DNA of 44,712 nucleotides from a virus (Duplodnaviria; Caudoviricetes). Positions 1 through 9,700 of this stretch are shown here, in pieces. Within the stretch, counting starts at the first letter, position 1, and each line of letters starts with the position of its first letter. The notes beneath the pieces are model-generated. The model searched no databases. It had not been told where the DNA came from and saw only the letters and a list, made by a program, of their open reading frames with translations. The translations under genes were made by a program, and so were the position numbers. The DNA is taken from positions 1-44,712 of the IMG/VR virus record IMGVR_UViG_3300020042_003245, one strand, 5' to 3'.

Positions 1-284
1 GAACCAATGATGGTGGCGCTTGCTACAGTTTGTGAGGCGCTTACAGTGTAAGTTCCTACACCACCTGTACCCGTACCAAAAGCGGTAATGTAGGTTCCAT
101 TGGTGAGTGACGTTGAACTGTCAATGAACATACCCACAGTAATTGGGTCACCAGAAAGCATGGCGGTGACGGTCAACGTGGTTGTAGCAATTGAACCAGT
201 AAAAGTTGAAACAGCAGGGTAGGCATCCGCACCTTGATAGGTAATAGCGGAACCCAAAAATAGGTCGTCTGAAAATTGAGGCAT
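1..284 (-). CDS. Virion structural protein, partial (runs off window start); Thr/Gly-rich beta module
   Basis: Not in ORF track. ATG at 284 with AAGGAG RBS; reads [42 protein letters not shown]...[15 protein letters not shown]; directly downstream of the capsid gene. Confidence 0.75.
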   Translation of the reverse strand, partial: MPQFSDDLFLGSAITYQGADAYPAVSTFTGSIATTTLTVTAMLSGDPITVGMFIDSSTSLTNGTYITAFGTGTGGVGTYTVSASQTVASATIIG

Positions 285-315
285 TGATCTTCTCCTTGAA
301 AAGCTTGATCAGATT

Positions 316-346
316 AAAAAATGGGGCTGGGTTTTATACCAGCCCC
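316..346 (-). terminator. Rho-independent terminator after major capsid gene
   Basis: Minus strand GGGGCTGG-TATAAAAC-CCAGCCCC followed by ATTTTTT, just after the capsid stop. Confidence 0.8.
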
Positions 347-353
347 GTTTGCT

Positions 354-1268
354 TTAGATACCGGGGGTACCAAAAGCACAGCGTGGATCGGTGAAGCCAA
401 GGTCATAACGCTCGGTTGCCTTGTAACGCATTGAGTCAGTCTCAAAGTCACCTTCCATGGTTTTCTCCAACCGACGACGCATCAGGAGCTTGAAGCCCTC
501 TGGAGCATCGGTCTGAACGAAAAACGCAGTGGCAGAAGTCAAACGAGAAATAACTGCGGCACCTTCGTCCAACAAGCCAATTGACTTGACGGGGTTGATG
601 TCGTTGTTTGCATTACCTGCACGCAAAACAGATTTCAACAACACTTCGGCTTGGAAGATGTTGCCCGGAGCCACGATCAATTGACGTGGTACCAAACGAA
701 TCTTCTTGCCGTTGTTGTCCACTGACTGACGAACTTGAATCAACATCTGCTCTAAAGATGTCTGTGACAAGTTGGCGGCTGTGGACAGTTGGTTGCTGAA
801 GGTGCCATTCACGATTGGGTGAGCGGTGTTGATCAAAGACACACCGTCGCCGCCCGGGTAGGCGCTGTTGAACGCAGTGTTCAGCACGTTGGCGGCCAAC
901 AATTCTTTGGTTTCCACCAAGGATTGAGCCAAATGGCGTGCATACACTTGACCGATACGAATGTGGTCGCCGTCTTCAACCAAGACTTTAGTCAAGGCAA
1001 AAGCCAGACCGTACACTTTGTACAGGTAGCGTTTTAAGAAGAGGACACCACCTTGTTGGTAGGTTACGGGCGTACCGTCAGGTAACTGAGGGGCGGCTCC
1101 GAAACCGTACAGGACGGGCTCTTCGTGGTAGTTGCGGGGGATACCGTCTTCTTCGCGGAACACACGGCTCCACTCGTCGGCACGTTGGTCATAGACTCCA
1201 TCAAAGCACTCGTTGAGAATAGGTTCAACAATACTTCTAAAGTCCGTACTTCGCATTGGTGCGGCCAT
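354..1268 (-). CDS. Major capsid protein (Mu gpT-like HK97 fold)
   Basis: 304 aa; motifs GGDGVSLINTAHP, PRQLIVAP, EGDFETDSMRYKATERY, GFTDPR typical of this capsid family; follows scaffold; followed by terminator. Confidence 0.9.
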   Translation of the reverse strand: MAAPMRSTDFRSIVEPILNECFDGVYDQRADEWSRVFREEDGIPRNYHEEPVLYGFGAAPQLPDGTPVTYQQGGVLFLKRYLYKVYGLAFALTKVLVEDGDHIRIGQVYARHLAQSLVETKELLAANVLNTAFNSAYPGGDGVSLINTAHPIVNGTFSNQLSTAANLSQTSLEQMLIQVRQSVDNNGKKIRLVPRQLIVAPGNIFQAEVLLKSVLRAGNANNDINPVKSIGLLDEGAAVISRLTSATAFFVQTDAPEGFKLLMRRRLEKTMEGDFETDSMRYKATERYDLGFTDPRCAFGTPGI

Positions 1269-1287
1269 TTTTTTACTCCTTGGCTAG

Positions 1288-1884
1288 TTAAGCAATTGCG
1301 GTGATAGCACCGAAGAATTGCGAGTTGGCACATACGACACGCACAATAGTGTATGCATCGCCCCAGTCATTGCCCGGATAGGGAGCAATGTCAACCACAC
1401 GCATTTGGCCTTGTGAACCATTACCGACGGCAGTTGCAGAGCCCAAAGTGGCTTGCGACAATCCTGTGGTAGTAGAACCAGCGGTCACGCTTGTGAAGTT
1501 GAACTCATTACCAATGGTAGTTTGAGCCATTGAGCCATCAGCTTGGATTTCATAAACGATGTTTGCATCGTTGTAGAAATAAGCAGTGCAAGTACCTGCG
1601 GTGTACGCAGTGTTTGCAGGCCAGTTGTTAGACACACGGGCGCGGCCTGTGGTGTCTGTGAACTCAACACCAGCAAAAGCGCCGACCCAAGCACCTGAAG
1701 TGGTGGCTGGGCAAATGGTGCCGATAGTACCGCCAATGGCAGTAGTTTGATAGCGTACAGGTTGGCCTTTGAGGATGGCCGTGTTGTAAGCAGATGGAAT
1801 GCCGCCAGCTAACGCCTGAGCACGATCCAAACCTGAGGGATGGAACGCAGGGCGCAAGCCAAACGGAGCAGAGGTTGCACTCAT
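1288..1884 (-). CDS. Capsid decoration/cement-type minor capsid protein
   Basis: 198 aa, Ala/Gly/Thr-rich, N-terminal APFGLRP, immediately upstream of capsid gene, AAGGAG RBS. Confidence 0.65.
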   Translation of the reverse strand: MSATSAPFGLRPAFHPSGLDRAQALAGGIPSAYNTAILKGQPVRYQTTAIGGTIGTICPATTSGAWVGAFAGVEFTDTTGRARVSNNWPANTAYTAGTCTAYFYNDANIVYEIQADGSMAQTTIGNEFNFTSVTAGSTTTGLSQATLGSATAVGNGSQGQMRVVDIAPYPGNDWGDAYTIVRVVCANSQFFGAITAIA

Positions 1885-1897
1885 ATATTACTCCTTG

Positions 1898-2443
1898 TTA
1901 ACCCGAAAATACGGGTGATCGGTTGGGTTGCTGTTCAATAGAGCCAAAACCTTCACCTTCGACCATAAGCAAAGAACGGCCATTGCTGTCGCGCCCTTGG
2001 AGACTTTCCTGTTGAATCTTGATCTTTTCTGCTTCTTCACGAGGCTTATCGTGATGCATATGAGTCATGACCTCTTGGTAAATGTCCATTGGCAACTTAA
2101 ACAAAAGCATCTCGTTGCATGAGATATGCCCAACGTGCTCACCCGACTTCACTCGATGTTCTTCATAGCCCGGGAACTCATCCGCTTTCACGGGAACGTA
2201 TCCAAGGCGCATCCGTTTATCGATGCTGTCGTAGCTGTTGGTTGTCGAAAGCCAGCATAAATGCCACCCGTCCATTTCGGGCAGTTTTGGCAATGCTGAT
2301 TGCGTCCATTCCTCGCTCCACATACGTGTACGTTCCTGCGTCGAAATGAACTTATCCTCAGGTGCTGTGCGGCTTGCGTCCTCGCTTGCGCGATCCTTGC
2401 GGCCACCAGCATTGAGAGATTTTTTTAAACGTGAGTCTGTCAT
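1898..2443 (-). CDS. Head-module protein of unknown function
   Basis: 181 aa between scaffold and capsid genes, good RBS (AAGGGG). Confidence 0.7.
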   Translation of the reverse strand: MTDSRLKKSLNAGGRKDRASEDASRTAPEDKFISTQERTRMWSEEWTQSALPKLPEMDGWHLCWLSTTNSYDSIDKRMRLGYVPVKADEFPGYEEHRVKSGEHVGHISCNEMLLFKLPMDIYQEVMTHMHHDKPREEAEKIKIQQESLQGRDSNGRSLLMVEGEGFGSIEQQPNRSPVFSG

Positions 2444-2461
2444 GATGTTTTTCCCCTTGGA

Positions 2462-3457
2462 TTAGTTGCGACGACCGTTGTTACGGTCATAAGAAATGAA
2501 CTCAGCGATCATGCGCTTCTTTCGCTCAGGGTTGTCCCAAGCACCAGCTTCTTTCATTGCCTTGACTCGGTCAGGCGATAAAACAAACTGGTTGCGATTA
2601 GTACCACCATAAGCGGCTGACGCTTCTCGTCCTGCACTTCCCACAACATTCCTTGGTCTTCTGACATCACGGGACTCGTTGTCATTGGAATCATTGTAGC
2701 GGTGTGGTAACTCTCTTTGCAAACGGCTGTCAAGCTCGTCCCAATAGTCGGGGTCGGTAGCGTTCCAGCCCTGTGCCGCCATCAACTCATCAGTCTTCTT
2801 GGCGATCCTGCTGTCGGGGTCTGAAGCCGCCGGGTTGTACCACTTGTTGCGGCGCATCCACTGCTGGGCAAGCCTTTGAACCTCTGGATCGTGGTCATTG
2901 GCATCGTTTTGCTGAGGACGACGCAATTCTTGGTCAGCCTGCTGGCGCATGGCCGTCAATTGGCGAGCCTCTTCTTGAGCAGTCTGCCAAAGAGTTTGAG
3001 CCTCTACCATGGCTTGGCCGTCACCGTTTTGTGTGGCCTCTGCCAGCTTCATTTTGGCGTACTCTAGGCGCACCTGAGCGTCTTCAATACCCTTGTCGAT
3101 GCGTGTAATGTGCTCGGACTTGGTATTTCGCTCCAATTGGCCTAAACGTCGCTTGAATTCCTCGTTTTCACGTTGGAGTTGGGTCAAACGAGCGTCTTTT
3201 TCCTGATTTGTCTTGCGAATCAGGTCTTTTTTGGCTCGGCGGCGGTTGCGTTTGGCCGCACGAAGCTCATCATCATCGTCTGGATGGTCTTCATCTTCAG
3301 CACTGACGATGCCACCGTCTGCTTTTGCGTTAGAGCGGTCGTCATCACCACCTTCATCGCCAGCATTCATTAGGCTACTGGGTAAATCGACCGTTGCAGA
3401 GCCGTCTTGCGACTCAATCACTGCAATGTCTTCATCTTTTCCTTTTGGATCAGCCAT
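2462..3457 (-). CDS. Capsid scaffolding protein
   Basis: 331 aa, acidic N-terminus, long coiled coil, WMRRNKWY motif, position between portal/GroES and capsid. Confidence 0.7.
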   Translation of the reverse strand: MADPKGKDEDIAVIESQDGSATVDLPSSLMNAGDEGGDDDRSNAKADGGIVSAEDEDHPDDDDELRAAKRNRRRAKKDLIRKTNQEKDARLTQLQRENEEFKRRLGQLERNTKSEHITRIDKGIEDAQVRLEYAKMKLAEATQNGDGQAMVEAQTLWQTAQEEARQLTAMRQQADQELRRPQQNDANDHDPEVQRLAQQWMRRNKWYNPAASDPDSRIAKKTDELMAAQGWNATDPDYWDELDSRLQRELPHRYNDSNDNESRDVRRPRNVVGSAGREASAAYGGTNRNQFVLSPDRVKAMKEAGAWDNPERKKRMIAEFISYDRNNGRRN

Positions 3458-3469
3458 TTTTGACTCCTG

Positions 3470-3925
3470 TTAGACGTAGGCTTTGAAAGAAAGGGGATTG
3501 CTTGTGACTTTGGCGATCACTTCGTGGTCGTTGATGGTCATAAACAGTACGGGGTCTTCGCTTGCATCATTTGCTGGGTCTTTCATTTCCCAGCGGTCAC
3601 CGCCCCAACGAGGTACACGAACAAAGTCACCAACTTGCGCCCATGAGCCCTCAGGCCATGACTGCATGGTGTCTCGGTTTTTGTACGCCAAAGGCCCAAG
3701 TGCCACGACCTTGCCGATCATGTTGTTCCACTTTTCGTTTTCTTTGGTCTCATCGACGATGATGATCATCCCCGCCTTCTTCTTTATCCGTCGGAGTTGC
3801 ACGATCATGCGCCCACCCAACGGTTCCATACCCGGATTCACACCCGGGAATGCCCACGCCAACTCTTGCGGGTCGGGCGTGTCCTGCGTCGCTTCAAAAG
3901 TCACGACTTGTTTTCCTTCACTCAT
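3470..3925 (-). CDS. groES: GroES-like co-chaperonin
   Basis: EPLGGRMIVQ, GMIIIVD, GKVVALGP, VGDFV, INDHEVIAKV match the Cpn10 pattern. Confidence 0.85.
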   Translation of the reverse strand: MSEGKQVVTFEATQDTPDPQELAWAFPGVNPGMEPLGGRMIVQLRRIKKKAGMIIIVDETKENEKWNNMIGKVVALGPLAYKNRDTMQSWPEGSWAQVGDFVRVPRWGGDRWEMKDPANDASEDPVLFMTINDHEVIAKVTSNPLSFKAYV

Positions 3926-4000
3926 CTTCTCTCCTTAACACCATATTTCAGGTGCATCGTTATGCACTTTTCAGCGCGGTCTCGCCACGGAGTGTGGCTA

Positions 4001-4180
4001 TCAATCTCTGTTTTTTTCTTCGTCCAGCATGTCGTCGATCATTGTCATGGTCAATTGCAGACCCTGATGCTCGCCGACCATTCGCTGGTAGCCGTCCCAA
4101 GTTGCAGGCACCCCATTGGCAAGTGCCATCTGCAACTCGGCTTGGCGAATTTTGATCCTGTGGATCAGTTGTTCAAGCAT
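4001..4180 (-). CDS. Small helical head-module protein (59 aa)
   Basis: Start reassigned to ATG 4180 (MLEQLIHRIK); WDGYQRMVG motif; between portal and GroES. Confidence 0.65.
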   Translation of the reverse strand: MLEQLIHRIKIRQAELQMALANGVPATWDGYQRMVGEHQGLQLTMTMIDDMLDEEKNRD

Positions 4181-4337
4181 TGGACTTCTTGGCACCAGAC
4201 AAGCCGCCAGTGCGCTTGGCAGGCTGGCTATTGGAGCCCTTGGCTTGCATGCTTTGGCCGTTCAGCTTCTCGCCCATAGCCATGCGTTTGTGCTGGGGCA
4301 CATTGACGCTCTTTTGTTCTTGATCAGACGTTGCCAT
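4173..4337 (-). CDS. Small basic protein (54 aa)
   Basis: Not in ORF track. MATSDQEQKSVNVPQHKRMAMGEKLNGQSMQAKGSNSQPAKRTGGLSGAKKSNA; AAGGAG RBS; fills the portal-to-next-gene gap. Confidence 0.6.
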   Translation of the reverse strand: MATSDQEQKSVNVPQHKRMAMGEKLNGQSMQAKGSNSQPAKRTGGLSGAKKSNA

Positions 4338-6777
4338 TTGGTTCTCCTTGAGGTGGCATTGTGGGCTCGGCGGGTGCCGCGCTTATTTGAGCCTGAGCCA
4401 CGTTTTGGATGGTCTCGTGCGTCAATTTGGAATTCTCAATGGCAATCTTGGTCTGATTGTCTTGAGTGTGTTTATCCATGTCTCCCTGCATCTTCTGGGT
4501 GTCCAGTTGCAGGCGAGCTTGGTCGTTTTGGGTTTTGCGTTGGGTCTCAGCCATGCTGGTGTCTTTAACCACTTGTGCGTCAGGCGGCAGGGGCTGGGGT
4601 GAGTTCTTGCGCTGTTGAGCCATTTGAATAAGCTGTTGCAGAGCTTGTTGGAACTGGCCGAACACTTGCTGGGTATCCAGCATGACGTGGGCACCAACGG
4701 TCGTGTACACCTTGTCAATGGTGGCTGTAAGCTTTGGATCGTCGTAGTCGTCTATAGGCTTGCCAACAGCATTCTCCACGTAACCATTTGAGCGGTTGAG
4801 GTACCACAAGGTCATGTGTTGCTTCAAGTGCTCAATCAGGTTATTCAGGTAGTTCGGGTCAGCAAACGGCGATTGTCCCAAGAATGGGTTCAGAGCAAAT
4901 TGCAGGTGATCTTGAATGTGGGCAATGTGATCCTGTTGCAGGTACGCATAGGCTGGCTGGCCGATGAGTAGTGCGGCGTTCTCGTCTGCCGAGGTGCGTT
5001 GTTCTGGTGATGGCACGTCTTTCATCAATTCATTGATGTTGGGAACCTTCATCTGCTTAAGCATGCGAGCCAAGACTTTGCTCATGTTGAACTGATCAGG
5101 GTGCTTCTCAGCCAAAGCCAATACGGCTTGGTTTTGAGCCATGCGCTGGGTCTCACTGAAGATGTGAGGATCAGACACTGGCACCACGTCGGTGTTCTTG
5201 TCAAAGTCTTCGCGGGTGACTTCCAAGTCGGCAACCACGTCGCCCATTTGCATTTCGTCAAAATGCCAGCGGTTCAAGCGGCACAAAATCTTCAGCACAC
5301 GGGCTTGGCTGTCGTGCATGCGTGCGTGGATTGATGAGAATACCGCCGCACCTTGCTCAATCAGGGCTTGTGTGGTGCCTACAGGAGCGTTGGCGTTCAC
5401 GTCAGCAATCTTCTCTTCGCTGGTTGTGACTACGCCTTTGGCGGCTTTATCCAGCCATCCCAGCAACTCAAACAGCACAGGGCTGGGTGGGTTGAATGGC
5501 ATAGGCATGGCGATCTGGCGAATGTCCTGCACGCCGGGTGCGCCTTCGATCTCCACGATCTGAGTGACATCAACCTGCTGTGACTGGCCGCTGATCTTTG
5601 CGCCCTTCAACTTCAGCATGGTCGCTGTGTTGTTGATGTGGGCGGTATCCAACAAAGCACGCAGAGCGCCCGTCAGAGCGGCACTGAGGCCACCAATCAA
5701 ATGGGGGAGGCCAATGGCATAGGCACCGCGCCAAGGTATGAACTTGAACTCCACAACCCAGTCCAGCTTGGTCATGGTCTCGTCTTGCTCTTCCCAGTTG
5801 CGGTACAGGCCGACCACCTGAAGATCAATCTCATCGACCATCAGGATGTAGGGGGCTGTCTCACCTTTGGTCTTCTTGTCGTCTTCCAACTCCAAGTAGC
5901 AGTAGATGTGATAGACCTTACGAAGACCGTCTTGGTTGTCTTCAAACTTCTTACCTTCGACCTTATTGTTGGCCTGCTCAACTTTGTTTTGCTCAAGGGT
6001 TTGGCTGGCCTTGACGTAGCTGACATCGCGGTACATTCCAGTGCGGATGCGACGCTCAAACTCATAAGTAGTAATTTCGTGGACTTCAGCCGCACGCTGG
6101 GCGGTGTAGAAATTGGTGGCCGCAAAGGGCAGGATCACCCGGTCGATAGGCAGGAACTCCACGCATGGTCGTTTCTTCTGCTCGTCAAACCACAGCTTGA
6201 AATATTGTGATCCACCCAGTGGCAACTGAGTCAGCAACTGCTCTTGCTCGTCCTTAAACTCTTCAATCTGCTCAGTGATCTGCCAGTTCAGGTAGTCGCG
6301 CTTGCGCTCTGACTTGGCAGATTTCATGTCGTCCATCTTGCCCAGCACCTTGGTCTTGACAGGGCCGTCAGGTGGGAACATCTCTTTGATGGCACGGGAA
6401 GCAAAGTCAACACAGCCCTCGGCCATTGCCGGGTGGACTACTTTGCTGGCACCCATGAAGGTGGCACCACCGGGGGCATCGTTGCCCATACCAGTGCGTC
6501 GGATGCCCTCTTCATATTGCTTGTCGCGCAGTGACCGGGCTTCTTTGTCGGTCTCCAGCAAATCAAGGTAGCGCATAGCCAGCGAGGACAAGGTGCCGGG
6601 GTCAATGCTGTCGGCCAAGTTGTCGTAGAACTCAGGGTTGAACTCAGGGCCGTCGTTCTCCATTGTGATGATGGCTGAACCGTCTTCCTGCTCTTCCGTG
6701 TCCATATCGGGCAAGTCAACGACAGCACTGCCGTCTTCTTGCTCCTCAATTGGGTAGTTGTCTTGTTCTGCCATCAT
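4324..6777 (-). CDS. Portal protein
   Basis: 817 aa; acidic N-terminus, FIPWRGAYAIGLPHLIG, APVGTTQALIEQG, Gln-rich coiled C-terminus typical of long podovirus portals; between terminase and capsid. Confidence 0.85.
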   Translation of the reverse strand: MMAEQDNYPIEEQEDGSAVVDLPDMDTEEQEDGSAIITMENDGPEFNPEFYDNLADSIDPGTLSSLAMRYLDLLETDKEARSLRDKQYEEGIRRTGMGNDAPGGATFMGASKVVHPAMAEGCVDFASRAIKEMFPPDGPVKTKVLGKMDDMKSAKSERKRDYLNWQITEQIEEFKDEQEQLLTQLPLGGSQYFKLWFDEQKKRPCVEFLPIDRVILPFAATNFYTAQRAAEVHEITTYEFERRIRTGMYRDVSYVKASQTLEQNKVEQANNKVEGKKFEDNQDGLRKVYHIYCYLELEDDKKTKGETAPYILMVDEIDLQVVGLYRNWEEQDETMTKLDWVVEFKFIPWRGAYAIGLPHLIGGLSAALTGALRALLDTAHINNTATMLKLKGAKISGQSQQVDVTQIVEIEGAPGVQDIRQIAMPMPFNPPSPVLFELLGWLDKAAKGVVTTSEEKIADVNANAPVGTTQALIEQGAAVFSSIHARMHDSQARVLKILCRLNRWHFDEMQMGDVVADLEVTREDFDKNTDVVPVSDPHIFSETQRMAQNQAVLALAEKHPDQFNMSKVLARMLKQMKVPNINELMKDVPSPEQRTSADENAALLIGQPAYAYLQQDHIAHIQDHLQFALNPFLGQSPFADPNYLNNLIEHLKQHMTLWYLNRSNGYVENAVGKPIDDYDDPKLTATIDKVYTTVGAHVMLDTQQVFGQFQQALQQLIQMAQQRKNSPQPLPPDAQVVKDTSMAETQRKTQNDQARLQLDTQKMQGDMDKHTQDNQTKIAIENSKLTHETIQNVAQAQISAAPAEPTMPPQGEPNGNV

Positions 6778-9700
6778 TTAGCCTTTTTTTTCAAGATCAT
6801 TTCGAGTTGCATTGTCCCAGTATTTTTATGGACGGCAACTGGCATCTTGAACCGAGTGTGTTTGCTCTCATCCTCACCGTGGCGCATAGCCAAGTGACGT
6901 TGGGCAATTACATTCTGCTCAGGGAATGCGTGGAAGTCATCGTGACTGAACCCATGGTGACGACCATCAACTGAGCCGCCTTCAGCGTAGAACTTCATAG
7001 ACTGCGGTGCGCGGTACTCTTTGCCTTCAGCTTTGATTTGATCTTCAGGCTTGTCAATCTCATATTCGCCTTTGTTTTTCATGGCGTGTTCTATGTGCTT
7101 GTCATTCACATTATGGGTAAACGATGTTTGGTGCCCGACAAGACTGGTTGACTCAGTTGGTGTGGTCATCAGTATGTGACCAGCGTCTTTGCCGTTCTTG
7201 CTCTTAAATCTTTTTTCTGGCAAGAACTCCTCATCCTTGAACCGTGAGTCGGTCGGAATCATATGGGGTGTACCGTCTTTATTCTCTCCAACTTGCACCA
7301 AGCGCGGGTGCAGGATGTGTTGCCTTTGGTAATCAAAGCGCTTGCCTTTGACGGTGGTGTGGCCGAAGTGTGACTTGTCAGGCGTGGTGGGTTTACCGTT
7401 GCCACCAAAGTGACCTTCTGGGCCTTCTGCCTTCTCCTCTGGTGTCAACTCGTGCTCTTCACGGCCAGTCGTCCAGTACTTGGCATGCTTGATGGATTTC
7501 TCCATCTTCTTAGCCATGTCGGAGCCACGACGCACGTCGGTCACCATGTAGGAGCCCTTGGGCGGTGTCTTGTTGCCCTGCTCGTTCTTGAAGTCGCCTT
7601 TGTTGTCAGCGGCCATGATGGTGTTGCGTACACGGGCTTTGTCGCGGCCAATGTTCTCGGCAATGGACTCACCCTTCTTGACCTTGGGGCCAACGTTGGA
7701 ATGAGTGACGTGGTAACCATTCTCAGGATCGTGCAACTCGTTGGTCTTGCCGTATGAGTTGGCAATGATTGCTGGCTTGTCATCTAACTTACGCTGTTCG
7801 TTCAAGTGACGAATAGCATGGCGTGAAGTCACGTCGGTCTCATCTACCACGTTTGGACGGAACAGCAAACGCTTGTTGCCCTTGTCTGCCAGTCGCGCGG
7901 CCTCTCGCAATGAGCCCGTGTGAGCCAGTATCCAGTCATTGGTCATGGCAGGATCGTGCTTGGCCTGCTCATGAGCGGCGCGACGTACTGCGGCAGAGGC
8001 GTACTGGGACTCAGCGTTGGGCGCAAAGCAGGTGCCCCTCTTAGTGTCTACGATGCCTTGTGCGTCCTTACCGCCACCACAGCCCTCAGTCTGACCAGCG
8101 CAGGTGTTGATGACGTGATACTTGGTATCGTTACCCTTACCTGAGGTGTACAGAGCGTGGCCTGCCACACCCTTAGAGGCAAAACCAACGTGGGTGCGGC
8201 CTTGTGCATCGGTCTCGTGGCGCACGGTGTCCAGTTTCTCGGACTCATCCAGCGTGTTGGCTGTCTTGCCAATGTGCTTGGCTTCACGCAGGCGACCCAG
8301 TGCGGCTTCTTCAGCCTCGTGTTGCTCTTCAATAGGCTTGGCAAAGTGATCTTCCAATGTCTTCTTGTGCATTGAAGCCATCTTGCCAAGGTTCAACGGC
8401 TCGCGGTGATCGTCGCCATAGACCTTTGACCGGGCTTCATTCATTTCATGTAGGCCAACAGCGCCAACTTTTTTGTTGCCTTCCAAAGTGTGGCGGGGAA
8501 CAACGATACCCTTCACGCCGCCTGAGCCTTCAGCGTTGATGGTCACACGTTTGCCAGTGTCGGTAGGTGCCTTTGCGGCCATCTCAGACTTCATCTGCTC
8601 GACCGTCTTTGCAGAGCCACCCTTAGCCATAGGCTGTGGGGGTTTGGAGCCACCCATAGCACCCAGCGCCTGTCCTTGCGGTGTCATCTGAAGCATGTTG
8701 CCCATGGGCGGTGTTGCGCCTTGTGGAGCCATGTCAGGCATACCGCCGGGAGGAGGGGGTTGGCCGGGCAATCCACCTTGTTGTTCAGGTGGGGCAAGTG
8801 GTGCCATAGGCTGAGGCATCAACTGCTGGCCGGGCTGTTGCTGGCTGGTGTCTACGCCGCCAACAGGCATGCCGCTGGGGGTTGCCACACCGCCGGGAGT
8901 GGGCGTGCCGCCGTACTCTTGATCTGGTGGGAAGAATGTTTTGGGGAACATGCCGGGGGCTTCGTTCACGCCTATGTTCTTCATATTAATGGGGTTCGAC
9001 TTCTTTGCGATCTCCATCTTCATTTGGGTCAGTGATGGTTGCACGTTGCCTCCTTCGGCTTTATGGATGATGCCGCCCTGTGCGTACAAGGGCAGGCCAT
9101 TGGTTAATACGTCTTTACGCATATCTTCTGTGATGGGAAAGTAATGCAGGTTTTTGGCATTTGAGTCATCCAGCCTTTGATTGAATGCCTGCACTTGATC
9201 TGGATTCATATCAGCAAGACGCTCTCCAGCAACACCAAGGCGCTCAGATGCGTCACCGCGCTGTAATGGGTCGCCTGCTAATTTGTGTCCACCCAACTCA
9301 GTCTTCACGCCATACTTTTTGCCGATGCTATTGAGGATGTTGGGAACCTTCTTGTCGTAGAAACCCTTCATGCCTTCGCCGCCAACATGCAAATCTAACC
9401 CAGAATATTCTCCACCTCTATCAGCAATAATTTTATTTGCCAACTCCTTGCCTACATGGCTTGCAAGTTCTTCGTCTGTCAAATATTGACTTGAGATAGG
9501 TACTTTATTTCCCGATTTATCTTTGGCGTTGATTCTCCACTGACGGTCGCCAGCAATGTCGTATTCATCAGCATTCAATTGACCAATATGGTCGCCAATG
9601 TTGTAACGCTTGGCCTGCTCATGACCGGGAGTCACCACGACACCGTGGTAGCCCTTCTCTGCGGCATGGTGAATCAGACGCTTGAGCGCCATCTCTTCCC

